NCBI RefSeq assembly: GCF_009914755.1 | Contig: NC_060945.1 | DNA length: 64,000 nucleotides | Reading direction: 5' to 3' (one strand) | Source: the human T2T-CHM13v2.0 reference genome, Homo sapiens | Part shown: one piece after another, positions 42,781-62,099 of the stretch | Numbering within the stretch: the first letter of the stretch is position 1 | How the letters are laid out: each line of letters begins with the position of its first letter | The notes under the pieces: model-generated | Database searches by the model: none | What the model saw: the letters and a program-made list of their open reading frames with translations, nothing else | Told to the model about the DNA's origin: nothing | Translations under genes and position numbers: made by a program

Positions 42781-45263
42781 AAACACCAAAATCATCTTTC
42801 TATTTACATAGAAATGCCCTTCATAATTTATTGTCTTTTATCATTTGCCAAGGAATAGGGTCATAAGGAGGTCCTACTGTTTCTAAAAAGCCTACTTTGT
42901 TATTTAGAGACCTTTAACTCCTAGGAAGTTGTTTTATGGTATAATAACATTGCTTCCTCACATTCACAGAAACCTCTGCTTCTATTATATTCCCAGAAGA
43001 AAGTTCTGCCAAATGAAATTTCCTCACGTGAGTACGTGTTTCCTACGAAGTTTCACCCACTAACAGAATAAATGCTTTTCCATTTTATAATATCTACGTT
43101 CCATCCATGACTTCATTTCATCATGAATAATTATTTTGTTTCAGATATTGCCTTTGTTTCAACTGGCTTGAAACCTTGACATTATGCTGACTTATGATTC
43201 ACTATCAATTTAATTCCTCCAGGATCCCAATCAGTGGTCTTGTCAGCCTAGATTCTTTCTTGTTTCTAGTCTTCTGGTAATCTACATACACCACAAACTA
43301 CCTTATATATATAAAGTATATATTTGATTCAAAGTCTGAAACTATACAGGAAGCAGAATATCTAATGCAAATTAAAATATTGCAAAGCATAGAAAAGAAT
43401 GAATACTTAACTGATTATGTTATAAATCATGTATGACTTATTTCCCAAAATTACTTTGGAGCACAAAAACTTTGCAAACCAATCATTAATAAATATTAAC
43501 ACATAAGTTTAAATATATTACAAACCTGAAGCTAGCAGAGTTTTACAGTATTTTCTATGACATATTATTAATTATAATTGGAATACATGAATTTATAAAA
43601 AGTAACCTACTAATACAGTCAACCAGAATAATAAGCTAAATGAAGATCATATTGTGAATATCTTAAATTTATAAAATGTAACTAAATATGTTTATGATAG
43701 AAAAATTTTATATAAAATTACAAACACATTCTGTAAAATATCTATTTTATATAATACTAAGATAGTTCACAATGAAATGTCAAGATAAAAGTCAATCCAT
43801 AAGCAAGTCTCCTATCACTGAATAGTATTCTTGAAATTTAAGCCAGTGGAAATAGACAAGCAATTACACATATTTGAATGAACATTTCAAGATTCTGTTT
43901 GTGTAAATCCTAACTACTTACAAAATACAAAGGATGCAAATGTAAGCAATTAATTCTAGAAACTGTGTTCAGTGAGGTTATCAGACCTAAGTTACACACA
44001 TAGTATGTTTTAGACATTTACAGAAAAGCCTGTCCTGTAATTACTTACTGTAAAATATGTAGTAGCCATTTGAAGAATACAACAAAAATAGAAAAAATAG
44101 GAAGATATAATATTACTAAGTGCATGATATTTCCCAAACCTATCTACATAATTTAGAAAATTTCAACCAAAATATAGACATGATTTGATTTGTAGTAACC
44201 TAATAGAATTATCAGAATTAACAATAATCTGAAATAGCACCAATAGCTAAAAACAATTCAAAAATAAAAACATTGAGAGAGATCAAGCGTGATCAAACAT
44301 AAAATGCACTATAAATCTATAAAAAATTTACATAGTGCGGTTTAGAAATATGTAGTCAATGAAAGTATCAAAATCGAGTTCAGAATTACAACTATGCCTG
44401 CCACAATAAATAATTGGCAGTCATTTTGTTACTCAATTCATTGCTAACAACTATAAATCCACAAATATTTCCAGGTGATATCTAGATGACCACTGAAATG
44501 TCCACTGACCCTCGGGGGTGTCCAATACCAATAATTATTTATACAAGAAATTTCCTTTAAAAAATGATTCAAGCCAAGTTACACATATCATTTTGGAAGC
44601 AACAGATAAAAGTAGAATCTCATCAGAAAAGTGTTTACTAGTCAGACAGAACAAAATGTTTTCATCAACACCAGTCTATGCCAGTCAGTTATTTTCACCA
44701 AGTTGTATTAACAGGAAAAGGAATGATCAGAAAACTTGCAAAAGTTACAGAGGATTTTAGGACCTCTCATTAGACTGTAAAGTATAATTTTCATTTTTCA
44801 ATATTATATAGTGATTTGTATTCTGACAATTTATAGTTGCTGTAACAGAAATTACTCTACTTCATAGGGAGAAGCATACAAAAATGAATGGCTGTGCTGC
44901 CAGGGGAGTGGTATTTGGAAGATAAGATAGGCATTAACTAGACACTAATACCACTAATTAAAGCAAGAGCTGGAATGTGCTGGTGCTGCTGCTTATGAAA
45001 AATAACCCTGCACCTGTGTCAGACACTGTTGGGCTGAATACTGTTATTTTACCATAGCTCCTCTTCCACTTGCCTTTGTGTTAATTTTAATAATCATAGA
45101 TTTTTAAGTTCATAAAAGGAATGATGTTTATTGTTTGTTTTTCTCAGATACAAATTCCACTCAGTGGTGTCTTCACACTTAGATCTGCATTCCCTGTTTA
45201 AAGTTAAAATTGAGAGTACTTTCTTTGTGGAGAATTCTCATATGTAAAATTAGAATATAAAAT

Positions 45264-45330
45264 TAGTAGTGGTAAGATGAAGGAAATAGTAGCGGTAAGA
45301 TGAAGGAAATAGCGGTAAGATGAAGGAAAT
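45264..45330. repeat. Minisatellite, 3 copies of a 20-23-bp unit
   Basis: TAG(T/C)GGTAAGATGAAGGAAA repeated three times. Confidence 0.9.
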
Positions 45331-46496
45331 TATTAAGTGAAAAGTTGAGAATGTTTTGGTGCAATAAGCCGAAAATAGTCAACAAGAACAATATTTCAAA
45401 TTTATAAAGAGAGAAAAAGCATGTCATGACCATGTTTGCTGTTATAAAATTGCATTGACATGTTTGCAAATATTTGCAAAAATATCCTAAAATAAAGAAT
45501 AATTAAAATCATCCTTTAGTTGATTGTTCTCATTTTTGTTGTCTGCATTCTACTGTCTTGCCAAAACAACAGTTTTAAGTCAAAATATTTTATTGCTTAA
45601 GATATTCTCCTAAAAAATCAGTTTATTTTGTTTGTATAGATCAGCAATTTTTTGCATTTCTATTATTTAAAGTAAGGTTTTCTAATTATTAGATTTCTTT
45701 TTTTTCTTTTAGAATATAAGCTATTTTGTTTCAGGTGTTTAAGAAAATTAGAAATACATTTTATATAGAATTTTTCTGTATGGAATATTACTCTCCAGAA
45801 AGTAAAAATCTTATGTAGTGATCTAGTTTGTCCTCACCCAAATCTTAAAAAAAATTAGATGACCTGTTTTATATTCTCACCGTATTCTCTCTCCAGTCCT
45901 CTCTTATTCTTATGGTATTAATATTCCAGGTATACCTCTCTATTTTGTTCTGTGAATGTTGGTCTTCATCTTGGATTTTTTGTATGATGATGATATTAGT
46001 TCTCTTATGTTTCTGCTGCTTTTTTTTTCCTTTTCAGTGTCATAGCTGTTTGCTTTAACACTTTTGAGTGTGTTAATATGGTTCCTTAACTACTATATAG
46101 TTCTTTGTCTCTAAATTTGTTGTAAATCTGAAGTCAATCCATTACACTGTATGCAGTAATTGTGTAAATATTATTCATTGTAGGATCAGATTATTGACCT
46201 TTTTGTTAAATAGCATGAATGCTGGGACTCTGGGAGAATGTTCACAACCTAAATGTTGTCTTGAACTTTTATTTCTTTTTTTAGCATGTTATTTACTGAA
46301 AACCATACCCCATTTGGTATTTCATTACAAGTTATATGTATCATTTGGATTTTCTTTGTGTTTATCATTTGAGACTCCAGAATCATGTAATTAGTGGGAG
46401 TCAAATTATTTGATATAATACTCACTGGACCCTTTCCTTGTAAAGTTATTTGTAAAATATGTTTGGAAATTTTATTTGGTTGATGGTCTCTGTTCA

Positions 46497-46795
46497 TTTT
46501 ATTTATTTATTTTGAGACAGAGTTGTGCTCTGTCACCCAGGCTGGAGTGCAGTGGTGTGATCACCACTCACTGCAGCCTCGTTCCCTGGGCTCAAGCGAT
46601 CCTTCCGCCTCACCCTCCTGAGTATCTGTGACTACATGCATGCATCACCAAACCCAGATATATTTTTGATTTTTTGTAGCAACAAGGTCTCACTCTGTTG
46701 CCCAGGCTGGTCTCAAACTTCTGAGCTCAAGCAATCCTCCTGACTCTGCCTCCCAAAATTCTGCCATTACAGGAATGAACCACTGTGCTCAGCCT
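46497..46795 (-). mobile_element. AluJ SINE
   Basis: (TTTA)n tail, CTGGGCTCAAGCGATCC (J-type), full dimer. Confidence 0.9.
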
Positions 46796-47807
46796 CTTCT
46801 AATTTTAGAAAAAACGTCATTTAACATAGTTTTGAATCCTTTTGAATCTTTGGTTTTCTTTTCAGTGATAATTTTTGTTTCCATTAACTTGTTACCATTG
46901 TCTATTTTTCTGAAGTATCCTGTTTATAACCATCTTTGTCTATATTACTCTATTTCTTATATTACTGTGTTTCTATAAAGAGATTATTTTAAAGTGTTTC
47001 CATCTATTATTTAAAATATATTTATCCCGAGTCTGTAATAAAGTTTCTTTCTTTCTTTTTTCTCTTCTCTTTCTTTTTTTTTAATGGCTGCTTATCTGGC
47101 TAGCTACCTTCACTTTGTATGTTGCTGGTTGTCTGCCTGATTATCCATTCCAATTTAAAAGTAAAACACTGGACTGTTTATTTTAAATCATTGAGATATG
47201 TTTATCCTCCATTAGCCCATGTATGTCTGTTTCCTTATGGATCTTTTTAAAACAACAACAACCAACTAAATGGGCCATTTCCTCAAATGGTGCTGCAATT
47301 TAACTGAAGAGCTTCGTCTTAAGAGTGGTCACTAGAGAACTGATGTCACCTACCCACGTCCATACACATGGTATTTCACGGATGAAAGTTTTCCCTGGAT
47401 GACCGGCAGGCACTGTAAAAATGTTTGCTGTCCCCTGAACTTCGTACAATTTCTTTAGAGAATGATCGTATTTTTAAAAATTTCCCTGGAGTTAAATTCC
47501 TCCCTTGGTGTTACATCTTTACATTTAAATCCTGTACAACTACCCTATCTGCCAAATCTCTGCACGATATCTCTCTGGCATTTCACTGGGAAACTAACAT
47601 CATATTATCTTTTAGTGTTATCTAATCTGCAGCTGAAACTATATTGCTTATATTTAAATAATATTTATCAATAATCCATATTCCTGAACACTGTTAAACT
47701 CATTTATTCAATGTTGAAGATTATTCTCTCCCCCACTGTTAGAAGTTTTGCTCTCACGTAATTTTTGCTTTAATAGTTCTGCGTTGTCATTTCAGTAGTT
47801 GGGGTAA

Positions 47808-48057
<250 letters not shown>

Positions 48058-50134
48058 ATTGATCTTTTTATTTAATATTTGAGTTGTCTTACATGTCACT
48101 GTGTCAAATATATGTTAATTTTCCTGTAAACAGTATGATCTATTTCTATAACTGTGGAAGTCAAACTCTATTAATATATCAATATTCTACTAAACAATGT
48201 GTGCTTGTTAGGAAACTGTAATATATGGCACTATGTTGGTTTTTTGTGAAGATTAAATAAGTTAATGTTTTCTCAATAAACATTAGTTCTAAACATTAGT
48301 AACTAATGCTGTTTTATTAATATTTGATCAGAATTCAATACCCGATTATATCTAATTATCTTTGTATTCTGACTTTTTGGGGTTAAAGAATATTCACATT
48401 TCTGGAAATCTAATCCAAGAACATATACTCAAGTCTTTGATAATACATGGTGATATCTCTTATATAAATGAAGACATGTCCTCCTAAAACAATCTATTTA
48501 AGCTAGTGTTTGTGTATGTTATGACCTAAAAGTGCAGTCTTTCTGCAAAGTCACTGACAGTTTATGTGTAATAACTTAGACACTATACCTACTTATACTT
48601 AGCCTAATAAATGTTTTTATTATTCTTTGTTTTTATAATACATTTATTTAATATTTAAAATGGTTGTTTTCACTGTTAAATATATATTTATATGTATTTT
48701 TGTTCTTTTCTTTTGATCCAATTTGTCGATTTATTGTGACTTCTGGTTAAGTGATTCCTAGGTTTTATTTGTAATGTATGATCACACTTTTGAAATATAG
48801 CATAGTAAAACTTTTAACTTTTAATACTTTTTTCAGACTTTTATATTTTTCTATCTTATGCCAATATTATCACTGAAAAAGAGCTACTTTCCTCACTATT
48901 TACCATTGCAAAGGATGATGACTATGTTTGAATTGAATCCAGTAATTCTAATATATACTAAACACATAGAAAAGTAATTTTATTTTGAGCATTTTTAAAA
49001 ACACAATTCACTTTTACTTATTTCTCTTTCTCATTCAGTAATTGATTTATTATATAATTTTTGGAAATATGTTAGTTCTTTTAAAATATAATTTATCACC
49101 AACTTCATATGTTGGACCAAAGTGCGTATAAAGTCAATAGCTAGTTATGTAAATGAAACCTTCCAATGAATTAAATAAACAATATTCTACATCTTATATA
49201 TTCTTAAGCTTATTGTTACATTTATATTCAGTGTAATTTCAGAGTGATGTATAGGGAAATCAGAAGGTCAGTATTTTTCTTTATAAAACACGGTGCCAGG
49301 AATTTTTATTTTTCTAGGTTAGGTAACCTTGGATACAACATATTATTATCTTTCAGCAAGACATGCACATTTTCACAGTGCAAAGTTCTATTTTTAAAAG
49401 TGTACGTATTTCGTTGCAAACATTTCATTACAATTTACTTTTTATAACAACAATGTCAACTTTGACACTTTTGAAATAACTATCTTAAATACAGATCTGA
49501 ACTTTTACTTCAGTCAATGCTATAGTTATCACCAGATTTCATATAGTAAACAGTAACTGAAGCCTGGTGCTATTCAAATTTCTCCTTAAATTAAAAAATA
49601 CCAAAAACCTTTTTCTTTGTCAGTCAATTTTTTTCAGCTTTCTTGGCTTCTTTATCTGTTGTATCAAGTTGCAGAATATATAGTTTATGAAGGAAATGAA
49701 AAAAATCAACTATTTCTGCTGATGTTATCACTCACACACTTGAACTGACATATACTGAAAGAATGACAAGCTGAAGAATATAATCAGTGTGGCAACATCA
49801 CTTTTATTGGCTCATAACATCTATCTTCAAACTGTAACAAACAGTTTGGTTACCCAGCTTTCTAGTTGGCACCTCTGAAAGGTCATAAGGACATGTTTAC
49901 CTAGTGTTACAAAAACACATTTCACACCCCTGGTATCGTTCTGCTGGTAAAAAGAATTTGACATTTGTATTTCCTGTTACTTAAGGGCTTCAACATTTTC
50001 TACGATATGAAATCTTGGAGGCATCTTAGAGGATACCTAAATAATGTACAATATTTACACATTTATTTTTACTTCATCCTTGGCATTTTAGAATCAAAAT
50101 AGTTGTGCAAGGTTATCTCTTCTCTCTCTCTCCC

Positions 50135-50471
<337 letters not shown>

Positions 50472-50533
50472 TAATGATCACTCTGTGTCTGAAGATTCAG
50501 AATACATCTCAGCTCTTAGAATGTTGGTATAGT

Positions 50534-50590
50534 ATATATATATATGTGTATATGTCTATATATATATATATATATAATGCATATATATCT
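50534..50590. repeat. (TA)n-rich simple repeat
   Basis: Directly visible. Confidence 0.85.
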
Positions 50591-50933
50591 ATTATAACCC
50601 CTCCTCTCTAAATTTTTTCTCTCTTTGGGAATTCTATTTATATATCTTATCCTTTGGAGTGCTTTCCTATGTTTCTTTTCCATCATATTGTCTGTTGTTT
50701 TTGTCCCCCTTCTGCATCCAGAAACATTTCAGGATTTTTATATACTGATTGCTCTAAAGAATTTCTATTTTTATCAGTCATCTATCTAAGAGTCTTTTTT
50801 TTTTAAATTTAACTCCTTGGAATGTCATCTTTTTTATTTGAAAGTAACTTCTCCATATTCTTTAATAATCTTTTTTTCCTTGACAATGTTTATTATTTTT
50901 TGTTTGTTTTCTTTATATATATATACATATATA

Positions 50934-53434
<2,501 letters not shown>

Positions 53435-53965
53435 GTGATGTTGATTTATTTTTGCTGTCCTGGATTGTGTCCATATGTCCTCTTTGCTGATGTATTTATT
53501 AAACCAGATGTATGAAGGCTCCCCCTTGTTGCTGTCATAAGTTTCTGCTTCCATTTTCATTTGTGTCCTCTCACTCCTCTTCTTCACCTCCTTTCCAGAA
53601 TTTTACGTCACCTCTTTTTTTTTTGTCTCACCCTCTCCTGAATTCTGTATTTTATTTTTCTTTGATCTATTTTTTTTCACTTCTACACAGTGTTAGTTTC
53701 TCAACAAGGATAAGTGAATCACATGTGAGTCTAGAATGCCATCTTAATCTAAATGCCTACTTTTTACATAGAAAACACATACAGGTAATACAATCTTCAT
53801 CTAGCTGTTCAATTGAAGGTAACCTAACTTATGAGAAATGAATATTCAATTACATTAATATTAATTTTGTATGGTTTATATCAGCATATCTGTATGGTTA
53901 TTTCATTTATACAGTAAAAAAAATTACATCTGTTAAAGGATCATAAGGATGGTAGACTATAAGCT

Positions 53966-54426
53966 TGTGAACCCTGGAAGTTTGAGACAGGTCTCAGTTC
54001 ATTTGGAAAGTTTATTTTGCCAACTTTGAGGACACACCCATGACACAGACTCAGGAAGTCTTGACAACATGTGCCCAAGGTGGTCAGGGCACAGCTTGCT
54101 TTTATACATTTAGGGAGACATGAGACATCAATCAAAATATGCAAGATGTATACTAGTTCGGTCTGGAAAGGCGCGACAACTTGAAGTAAAGCCAGGAGGA
54201 CTAGAAGCAGGGATGGAGCTTCCAGGCAACAGATAGATGATACGCAAAAGGTTACATTCTTTTGGGTTTCTGATTAGCCTTTCTAAGGGAGGCAAATCAG
54301 ATACGCATCTATCTCAGTGAGCAGAGGAGTGACTTTGAATAGAATGGGAGGCAGGTTCACATGAAGCAGTTCCTGCCTTGAGTTTTCCTTAGTGATTTTG
54401 AGGGCCCAAGATATTTTCCTTTCACA
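53966..54426 (-). mobile_element. MER4A-type ERV1 solo LTR
   Basis: Minus strand starts TGTGAAAGGAAAATATCTTGGGCCCTCAAAATCACTAAG; 4-bp TSD AGCT at 53962-65 and 54427-30. Confidence 0.88.
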
Positions 54427-54538
54427 AGCTGTAAATATAAGATCAAGTTTAAAAGTAATTAGTAAAATCATATAGATGATTAATAAATAATAAGTACATT
54501 TATTATTTAATATCAGGTATCAGTTATGCACCATTAAA

Positions 54539-54575
54539 GGGCGGTATAGCTCATGGGTAGAGCATGTGACTGCAG
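54539..54575 (+). pseudogene. Tailless retrocopy of the 5' half of tRNA-Cys(GCA)
   Basis: GGCGGTATAGCTCATGGGTAGAGCATGTGACTGCAG versus recalled tRNA-Cys GGGGGTATAGCTCAGGGGTAGAGCATTTGACTGCAG (33/36). Exact 18-bp TSD CAGTTATGCACCATTAAA at 54521-38 and 54573-90. No poly(A). Confidence 0.9.
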
Positions 54576-54602
54576 TTATGCACCATTAAACAATATGCCA
54601 TC

Positions 54603-55027
54603 TGTTATTCATTGAATTATACCGCCTCCCACACCAATTAATACATTGAAGTCCTAACCCTCACTACCTCAAGTGTGGCTTTGTTTGGAAATACAGTCAT
54701 GGCAGATATAATTAGTTAAGATGACGCCATTAGGGTGTGCCCTCCTTAGAATGTCAGCGGTCCTTATAAAAGGGGAAAAATGTGGCTACAGGCATACACA
54801 CATGGAGTGAGAGCATCATATAAAGATAGGAGTTATGCCGTCACAAGTCAAGGAATTACCAGGAGCTATGAGGGAGTCTTGGAACAGGATGTTCAGAGGA
54901 AGCACAGACCTGGCAACATAATGATTTAAGACTTTCGACCTCCAGGAGTGTAAGAAAATAAACTCCCGATGCTCTCAGATACCCAGTTTGTGGCACCTTC
55001 TTACAGCAGACCAACACAATGATATAC
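54603..55027 (+). mobile_element. MLT1B/C-type MaLR LTR
   Basis: TGTTATTCATTGAATT...TTGAAGTCCTAACCC...TTTGGAAATA...CCCAGTTTGTGGCAC. Confidence 0.8.
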
Positions 55028-55245
55028 CTTCCTTGTCCCCACGAAATATTGTTTTTGTGTCTGAGATTTCTTATTTTCTTTTTTTCCCCAATTCTATTAA
55101 GATGAATATTTTTAAAAGATTACATAATGCAAAACTGTGCATGTTCTGACATCTGTCTTCCACTGCAGCTTTATCTCATAATCTTATGTGTCTACCTCCT
55201 TGCTTTCTTCTCCAGCCATAATCTCTTTCCTATCACCATCATCAT

Positions 55246-55724
55246 TATAAGAGTTAAAGAAAGAAGAGAGAAACACGAAAAGTGACTCAACAGTCAAAAA
55301 CAGGTTTACTTTGGAGAATAAACCTGAGAGGGGCTTCTGGCTGATTTTGGTCAGGAGTGCTGTGTCTTACAGACTAAGGGTATTTAAGGGTTTTAGGGCA
55401 AGAGAGCTTATCAAAGACTTGGAATGTTTCTGTGTGGAGAAAAGTTTATTGAGGAGTTGAAATGTTTCCGCTCAAAGGGAAGGTTATCTTGGGACTGACA
55501 TCTCTCCTGCTGGAGGGGAGGTTATTTCAGGGCTGGCATGTCTCTGGTCAGGGAGGGGTTTATTTTAGGGTTGGAATGTTTCTGGTTGGAGTTGTCATTT
55601 GTGGTTTATGGTCATGCTGACCTTAGCTATTAAGCTGATGCCCTTTGGATTTAGGCGGTTGTCGATCAAGGGGAACTTTAAAAAGGCGGTGCTTGTCCAA
55701 GATGGCGATGCTCCTGCTCTGTCA
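55246..55724 (-). mobile_element. LTR19A-like ERV1 solo LTR
   Basis: Minus strand starts TGACAGAGCAGGAGCATCGCCATCTTGGACAAGCACCGCC; internal ~38-bp tandem units; TSD ATCAT at 55241-45 and 55725-29. Confidence 0.8.
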
Positions 55725-55792
55725 ATCATCATCATCATCACCATTTGTTCCTTGAATGAATAATTCTTTCTTATGTCATATTGCCTTTGCAA

Positions 55793-55794
<2 letters not shown>

Positions 55795-55828
<34 letters not shown>
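55795..55828. repeat. (TG)n microsatellite, ~17 units
   Basis: Directly visible perfect run. Confidence 0.95.
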
Positions 55829-55831
<3 letters not shown>

Positions 55832-58020
55832 CTGCATAGAATATTCTTCTCCTTTTGCTCATTTTACATAGTTAACTGCTATTTATTTATTTTTTATCAC
55901 CTTAATTCTTGGTCAACATCTATAAACTTTGTGAGAAAAGGGATTGGGTTTGTTTTCACTCATCATTGCATTCCCACTATCACATGAATTTTCTGGTACA
56001 TAAATGAATCGAGCATAAATATTTCCAACATTAATGAATGAAGCTGAGATTGTAAGAGTAGATCCAATAAAATTACATCATTTCGGCTACTTGGGCTTTG
56101 AATTCTCTGTTTATATGTGAAAACAAATATGCTCTAGCTACAAAGAAATAACATTTGGCAAACTCCTACTATACATTTCATGCCCTCTTACTATTTCAAT
56201 AATGCTCTCTTTAAATCCTAAGAACAGGCTGGTGAGGTGTATGTAACATCTCCCCTTTTCCCCTAGTTATTTTCTGGTGAAGAAATTGAGCAACATTAAA
56301 GTTAATTAACTGCCATAATTGCACTGCTGGCTATTATATTTCAATAACTTGCCATGGGGTATGATTTAGGTAAATGTGAAAGGTATTATAGTCACGGTGG
56401 TCAGGAAAAAGTTTCAGAAATGTCAGTGTTTGAACAATGTTTGAGAAAAGGAATAATTTTTTCAGAAAGTAACTCAAGAGAGGAGAGAGACATTCCTGAA
56501 AGCACGTATAGAGTGACTATTCAAGCTTCACTCTTCCTTTTGAATCATTCACACCAGTGAGTTTCCAAGAGAATTTTTCTCCTTTCAGTGATTGTCAGAC
56601 ATGGATCCATTGTCAGACTTCATGTCCATTAAATCAACAAATGAGATGTACTTTAATCAATTGCCTACATCATTGAATTAAGCAGAGCATCTCCTGTGAG
56701 GACCTGCCAGCCTGTTAGATTCAGCTCTAACTAAAATTTTACTTACTTTGTCCTGCTAAATCAATCACTCAGAAAATATATGTGCATTTTATTTTATGTT
56801 TCTTTTTCTTCTAGCCAATTTTCTGGATGGAGATTTCTGGTTTTTATGTTTTGCTGTAGTTTATGCTTTTTGGGGTCATAATAACACCAGTGGACATATG
56901 TCTGGGGTCATGTAACATCAAGACAGAATGAAAATGAAAAGCACTTTAGAGGAGATGGGTAGAAACTGTCAGAAACGTCTAACTTATTTGATTCCTCCAA
57001 ATATTTATTCTTTGATATCCAGACTCCTCTTATTTGTAAACAGAGAAGCCGAAAGCAGTAGAAAATTCATAAAGTGCTGCCCTTAAGCAACATCTGGGAA
57101 CACTATTTGGACTACATTTTCAGGAGTCTCAGAATTTTGGCTGCACCAGGAAACATTTTCTATTGTAGTGGTGACATCATTATTAACAACAACAATGAGA
57201 GTTAACATTTATTGTGTGCATACTACATCTTAGGTCATGTTTTAAAAGTTTATATATATAAAAACTGTTTTAATTCAAATAGTATTTCCTAATCTATTAT
57301 GGATAGAGCATACAGAATTGAACTGATCTGATTTCTGCTGTAAATTACTCAGTGATATTTAAAACTCTCATTCTTAATTTTCCCTCCATACAAATACTTT
57401 AGATCACCAGCAAAAATGCCCTCTATGTATTCGCCTTCACCATCTAGATCCTAACTAGTTGCCAGCAAAAACTTTATTAAGTACATCAGCAACACAAACT
57501 GATTTGCTACTGGGCAATCTTAGAGTCTGCTGCTCACCTGCTATGTCTCAACCAGCTCATTAAGTCCTCTAATGTTTGTAGCCTTGATTCTGGATCTTCT
57601 TTCTTGATCTCCTTTTCTTCTGGCTTCACAGAACAGAAAATGACTCAAATTACTGTATGGACAATAAATAATTATTTTTTAATATCAGTTTGGACAATAA
57701 TTGAAATCAGAAACTAACAGGAATTAGGTTATTGAAACAGATTTGGTGTTCATTTTTATTCACTGGAAATCTGCTTCATTTTGCAGGTTTCCTCAGGTTG
57801 TACTTGTTAACCCATTTCATACTTTTTGCTAAATATCCCAGAGATGGTAAGTGCTTAGTCCTGAACCTTTTATAAGGTATTAGGATCTGGGCAATTTTTC
57901 TTAGAGAGACAGCTGAGAATAGTTACATACTGTGAAGTACACATTCATAAAATTAATAAGATTTGCATGATTTAATTACTGTAGTTGCTCTTTTATATAA
58001 AATAAAATTCAAGTTTATAA

Positions 58021-59082
<1,062 letters not shown>

Positions 59083-59767
59083 AAAAATAGAAACATTGTT
59101 CAAATTTAAATGAATACTACACAGAGTACTATCAACTGAGAGTAGATATTGTACAAAGTCATACAATGATTAAAACATGGATATTATCTGCATAAAGATA
59201 TTTGGAGCCTAGAGACATATACAATGCTATATGACATTATTATTCATTCATTATGGATCACTTTATGGCTGTTTCTTTCTTACTGCTGTGATCTATGAAA
59301 GAATAATGAAACAGAGCACCGGAGATTAAGTGATGGTAAAAGATATGTAAGTCACGCAGGTGGGTGGAAGAGAGAAAGAAAGAGAGAAGAAAAGAGAGAC
59401 TTTTGTTTTTAATATTCACAAATCATTGGAGTTAGAAGTAAAGAAATAAAAACAAATTAAAGCTTAATATCACAGGATTAAAAATGCAACTCCCATTGAC
59501 TAAAGAAGCAATATATGCAAAGATAAACGTAAATACACCTAATTTATTTTGGATTTCGGGAGACCAGCAGGCTGGTAAATATAATGGGAGACAAAGATTG
59601 TATACCCAGCCAAGTTATCTTTCTAGTAGCAAGATTATAGAAGCATGTAAAAGACCACAGACAACAACAACAAGAAGAAATTTTAAAATGCAGAACTCAG
59701 AGAATTCATTGATTTTCTGAGATTCCACAATTCTCTCTTGTGGACTCTATAACAAAGATGACCTTCA

Positions 59768-61543
<1,776 letters not shown>

Positions 61544-62099
61544 ATATAATTTAAGAAACACTGGCAAAAGGATTAATAGTTGGCATATAAAAAATAGTCC
61601 CAAATTTTTTTAAAAAGTGGATACATGGATAGAAGAAAATATACAAATATTATGTTTTGACAAAGAAGAATCAATATAATAAAAAAGAAGATAAGAAAAG
61701 CAAAAAAGCGGATTAATCTCATTTTCTGATATATAGAAAATAAATGGCAAATAGTGCAATTAAATATTGATAATCAGGTATTAAAACACTAATTGAGAAA
61801 ATAGGAACTTACGGGCAATTTTAAAAGCCGTAAGAACAGAGGTTACAACTGGAATGAAAATAGAAACTTTCTTAAATGTTGATGTAACTTTAAAATTACA
61901 GAAGAAAGCACATGACATAGAGAAAGAAAGATTAACTCATGTATAATAAGCATAGTAAGTATAATGTAAACTAACGTAAAATTTAAGACACAATATATCA
62001 GCTTATCTACATATGTTAATGAATCTAACTCATTTATTGAAAGAAAAAGAAATCTAATCATAAGATAGATCAATTGATCATTTAATAGATCAATTCAAA

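Noticed and set aside
54539-54610. Functional tRNA-Cys gene
   Set aside because: Only the 5' half is present; there is no T arm/B box and no 3' acceptor strand.
55420-55600. Regularly spaced ~38-bp repeats resembling a CRISPR-like array
   Set aside because: They are degenerate tandem units inside an LTR19-type U3 with no unique spacers, in primate DNA with no cas genes.
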